64,000 bases of DNA from Selaginella moellendorffii (taxonomy: Eukaryota; Plantae; Lycopodiophyta): the NCBI RefSeq assembly GCF_000143415.4, contig NW_003314302.1, positions 1,588,395 through 1,652,394 on the forward strand. The letters are read 5' to 3'. The translations under genes and the position numbers were made by a program. This document shows positions 60,109-64,000 of the stretch, piece after piece. Numbering within the stretch: position 1 is the stretch's first letter; every line of letters begins with the position of its first letter. Under the pieces are notes generated by a model. The model saw only the letters and a program-made list of their open reading frames with translations. It was not told the DNA's origin and made no database searches.

Positions 60109-63100
60109 TGTTGAGAACCCTCACGATATTGAAACTAACCCCTTAATATCGTTATATGATATTTTATTGTATCCGCCAGACACTCTCACTATCATGCTCT
60201 ATATGTTAGTTTTGTTCCAGATCCATATGTTATTTATATTAAGTGTTTAGATTTGTCTAAGAGGCATATCTATGGAATGTAGAGAGTGTTTTGAACCCTA
60301 TGGTGTTATTTTTGCTTCCAGATTTGTGATTTAGTGCCATTCCATATTTAGTCACACTTGTCCTAGAGACTAACTCCTGGTACTAAGGGAGGCTTGGGGT
60401 GAAAGCCTAAAGCATGTGTTCTTCATGGGGGGTTCTAGAGGGTTACAAATGAATAATAGGGGTAGTGGTTGGAATGCATGTCTGACCACTTGAGACATTA
60501 GTTTGGCTTTTGCTGAGCTGTGTCACTCCTTGTTCTATGTTCGGCTTGGGTCTAAGCCCAAGCTCCACGCTGCTTTAGTCGGTGGGGTACCCCCTTCTTG
60601 TGTTAGGCCACTAGTATGCCTAAATCATGCCAAACACCATTTAGCATGCAAGTGTTGGATATGGGGAGTCAGTGCTTGTGGGATTATAAGTGTATTAGAC
60701 CTTCATTTTATAGCATAATAAGGTTGGAATTCAACTCCAAATTCAGGTGCACTATATTTGGTATCAAAGGAATTGTTTCAGTGATTCCTATCCAACTTTT
60801 GTCTGATTTTCTGACTTAAGTTGCATATGCAAAGACTTTTTTAATGGATCCAAAGTGACCTATGTAGGATTAGCTTGGTTGCACCATTCAGTAACAACAT
60901 TGTATGTATGTTCAATTATTGATAAAGGCATGTATATAGCTAAGATGGTGAAAAGGAACTGTGTTGATAATGCTGAAACCTCTAGGCAAGCAAATCAATA
61001 GGAGGAAACTTTTGCTAGAGATGCTATAGAAGAGGTTGAGGTTGAGTTAGAAGAGGAAGAGCCAGATGTTGCAACATTGTAGTGTATGGCTTAAGAAGTT
61101 GAGATTAAGAATTTACGAAGGGAAGTTTTCAAATTGAAGAAGGAGAATAAAAAGAGGAAGAAAAAGATTAGGCTAACTAAACATAAGCAATTGAACTCCT
61201 CTTCAAGTTTTGAGGACGATGAAGTTTTGCAATCACCCTCAGTTGCATGGGTTTCAAAGTTCAAGCCTCCAAAACCACCAAATTTCAGAGGCATGCGAGA
61301 CTATCAGGTTTTGGAAGACTGGGTCCATGATATGAAAAATTATTTTATAGCAGCAGATATAGATGATCATATGAAAGTTGCGTATGCATAATCCTTTCTC
61401 ATCGATTATGCCAAAACTTAATGGCGCTAGGTGTGCGCTGAAAAAGGGCAGACTAGAAGTTGGACCAAGATGCAGTCTCATATCCATAAAGAATACTTGC
61501 TAGATGATATTGGTATAAGACTTCATGCAGAGCTGCGGCAGTTAAAGTAGCAAGGGGACCTATACATTACATTAATGCGTTTACTCAGAAGCACATTATA
61601 ATTGCAAATATGAGTGACAAAAGTCCTCGAAGTTGTTTCTTGGAAGGTTTAAATTCACTTTCTCACAATGAGATTTTGAAGTTCATATCCAAGTGGAAAG
61701 AAAGAGTGGACTTGGTAATGTTGAAGATACCAAATTTTTAGATAATGTTTGGTTGGATTTCTTCAACAAATATGTCAAAGGGATTTATGATGCTAGACAA
61801 AATTGTATCATATTGAGGTCAGAAAGATGTCCCGATGTGTCCTTTCAATTGCAAAAGCATTCCTCAAAGAATTGGGATATTAAGTTCTTAACTACGAGAG
61901 TTGCTAAAAAAGTAGTTGTGAGGGGATGTTGGACCTTTTGGGTTCAAGTGATGGAAGCTGAGGGTGATGGTAACTCAGTTAAATAGGGCTTTTATTCACT
62001 AGAAAAACCAACTTTGGGCTGAGTTTTGTTAAGGCACAAAACTAGCAAAGAGCCATGACAAAAAGTTTCATTGTGCATGAAACCAACAAACAACAACAAG
62101 GGGGGTCTTCACGTGGAGGTACTTTGTAGAAAACTGGTCGCAGACTTTTATCTCAAGCCATGGTCTTGAGTAGAGCCAGGAGAAAGATGATGGGAGCTCC
62201 AAGGGCTCAGTCTTGAGAGTGGAGTTACTGAAGAACTTATCTCTCTTGATCCCTAAATGGAGAAACTCTAGGTGCCAAGGGGTCAGTCTTGAGAGGGGAG
62301 TTGCTCACAAGCTTGATGGCCCATGTTGTTGCAATTGTGGAATCTGGAACCATCTGTCCATTGGCGTCCACAATCACTCGTGAGTACTTGCCTCTTTTGA
62401 TCCCCTCAAAGGGCATGCCTTACACCATCTTCTCCCTTGTCGAGTCTTTGAACTGAAGTGTATCTAACCATGGGGATTTCTTGAAACCTTGATGGTGACT
62501 CAATGCAAATTGGTGATAGGGTTGATCTTGTACCAAAGGAGATATTGGAGTTGTTGGTGTGGAATCAAGATATCTTTCGGAAGGATTTGCCACTAAGGCT
62601 ACCTCTTAGCTATGAGGTTGATTATTGAATTGAGGTTGTTTCGGGTTCTAAACCACCTACAAAAGCTCTATATTGTTTGAACATCAAAGAGATAGTTGAT
62701 CTCAAGAAACAATTCAAGGAGCTTCTTAACAAAGGTCATATTCGACCAAGCAAGTCAACTTATAGAGTACTAGTCTTTTTTGTTATGAAAAAGGATGGTA
62801 CTATGAGGATGTGTATTGATTATTAGGCTTTTAACAAAATCATAGTCAAAAACAGTTATCCATTGCCTCGTATTGATGACTTGTTTGACAAACTCTTAAA
62901 GGCTAAGTATTTTACATGACTTGATTTGCAGCCTAGGTATCATCAGATATGGGTGGTAGATCAGGATGTGGAGAAAACAACCCTTAAGTCTCGGTACAGA
63001 TCCTATGAGTTCCTTGTTATGCCGTTTAAGTTATGTAATGCTCCAGCAACATTCAACACGATGATGGATAGAATATTCAAATACTATTTGGACACATTTG

Positions 63101-64000
63101 TTATCCTATATATTGATGATGTTCTAGTTTTTAGTGAAACATTGGAGGATCATTTGAAACACTTAGAGCTGGTATTTCAGAAGTTGTATGAACACAAACT
63201 ATATGCTAAAGAAAGTAAATGTGCTTTTGGACAATTGCATGTCAACTTTTTTGGACATATAGTTGGTGGTGGCGTAATTGAGGTGGATCCAAAGAAGGTG
63301 GAAGTAGTGAAGTCCTAGGAAGTCCCAACCACAATTTTAGATGTTCCTTTCTTTCTCAGTTTGGCATGATTTTATCACAAGTTTGTTCGCAATTTTGCAA
63401 GAATTGCTCTTTCATTGACTGAGTTAATGAAGAGTAGTATAGCATTTCATTGGACACTAGCTTGTCAGTGTGTTTTTGCATAATTGAATGAGATCTTGAC
63501 TATGGTTCTTGTTCTCAAGATCCCAGATCTTGATAAACCCTTCAAAGTGTATTATGATGTGTCTAGCTATGTTATTGGTATCGTGTTGTAGAAAGATTAT
63601 GACAAAGTGGTTGGTGTTAACCTAAGGCAATATAATTGTCTTGTTGTGTTCTATTCCAAGAAATTGAATAAAACCTAACGAAGATAGCTTACGCATAAGA
63701 AAGAAATGTTTGCTCTAGTGTCAGTGTTAGAACATTGGAGACACTATTTGGGTGGACATACCAAAGTTTATATGGATAATAACACACTTAGCTACTTTGC
63801 TACATAGCCAAAGCTTATGCCAAAGCAAATTTGTTGGCAAGAGAAGCTTGCTAAATTTGATACTGAAATCATCTATAAACCTGGTAAAGACAATATTGTT
63901 CCAGATGCATTGAGTTATCAAGCTCAATTTCAGGCAATATCAACAATCAGTTCAGACTAGTTAGAGAATGTTCAAATGAAGCGCTGGGGAAGTACCATGA
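60109..64000 (+). mobile_element. Decayed Ty3/gypsy retrotransposon (LTR, PBS, gag, RT, RNase H), running off the window
   Basis: PBS-like TGGTATCAAAG at 60759, gag KPPNFRG...DW...[28 protein letters not shown] and RNase H motifs. The LTR start is approximate. Confidence 0.9.

Noticed and set aside
1-64000. tRNA or rRNA genes
   Set aside because: None recognised by eye, apart from retrotransposon primer-binding sites. A covariance-model search was not possible.

Overview
Eukaryotic land-plant nuclear DNA, most likely a lycophyte such as Selaginella. This is inferred from the compact gene spacing, introns of 43-100 nt and the style of the PLS-PPR gene; no database was checked. There is a 100-N gap at 1249-1348. 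From 1 to about 9.7 kb lie a decayed Ty3/gypsy element and two broken copies of an unknown gene. From 9.8 to 34.4 kb is a dense gene island: (6-4) photolyase UVR3 head-to-head with a PLS-E PPR gene, a GDSL pseudogene, SAMDC with its tiny and small uORFs, a membrane-anchored kinase, ARC5/DRP5B, an intronless Crinkler/RHS-type NTPase + nuclease-like + Zn-finger gene, COX11 and CYP78A. From 35 to 47.7 kb is a shuffled mosaic of gene fragments (P450, coiled-coil, PPR, LRR) and AT-rich inverted-repeat elements, in which three atypical Dof genes remain intact. From 47.7 to 51 kb are an STMP1-like microprotein tightly linked to a second ORF (possibly bicistronic) and a stand-alone fatty acyl-AMP ligase. 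From 51.9 to 64 kb are nested gypsy elements, including a complete copy with a target-site duplication (TSD) that is interrupted by a solo LTR carrying an evolving satellite. The best candidates for new biology are the NTPase-nuclease-ZnF gene, the variant Dof family, the possible bicistronic STMP1 locus, the insert-bearing PPR L motifs, and the PIP-like tail and E2F site of UVR3.
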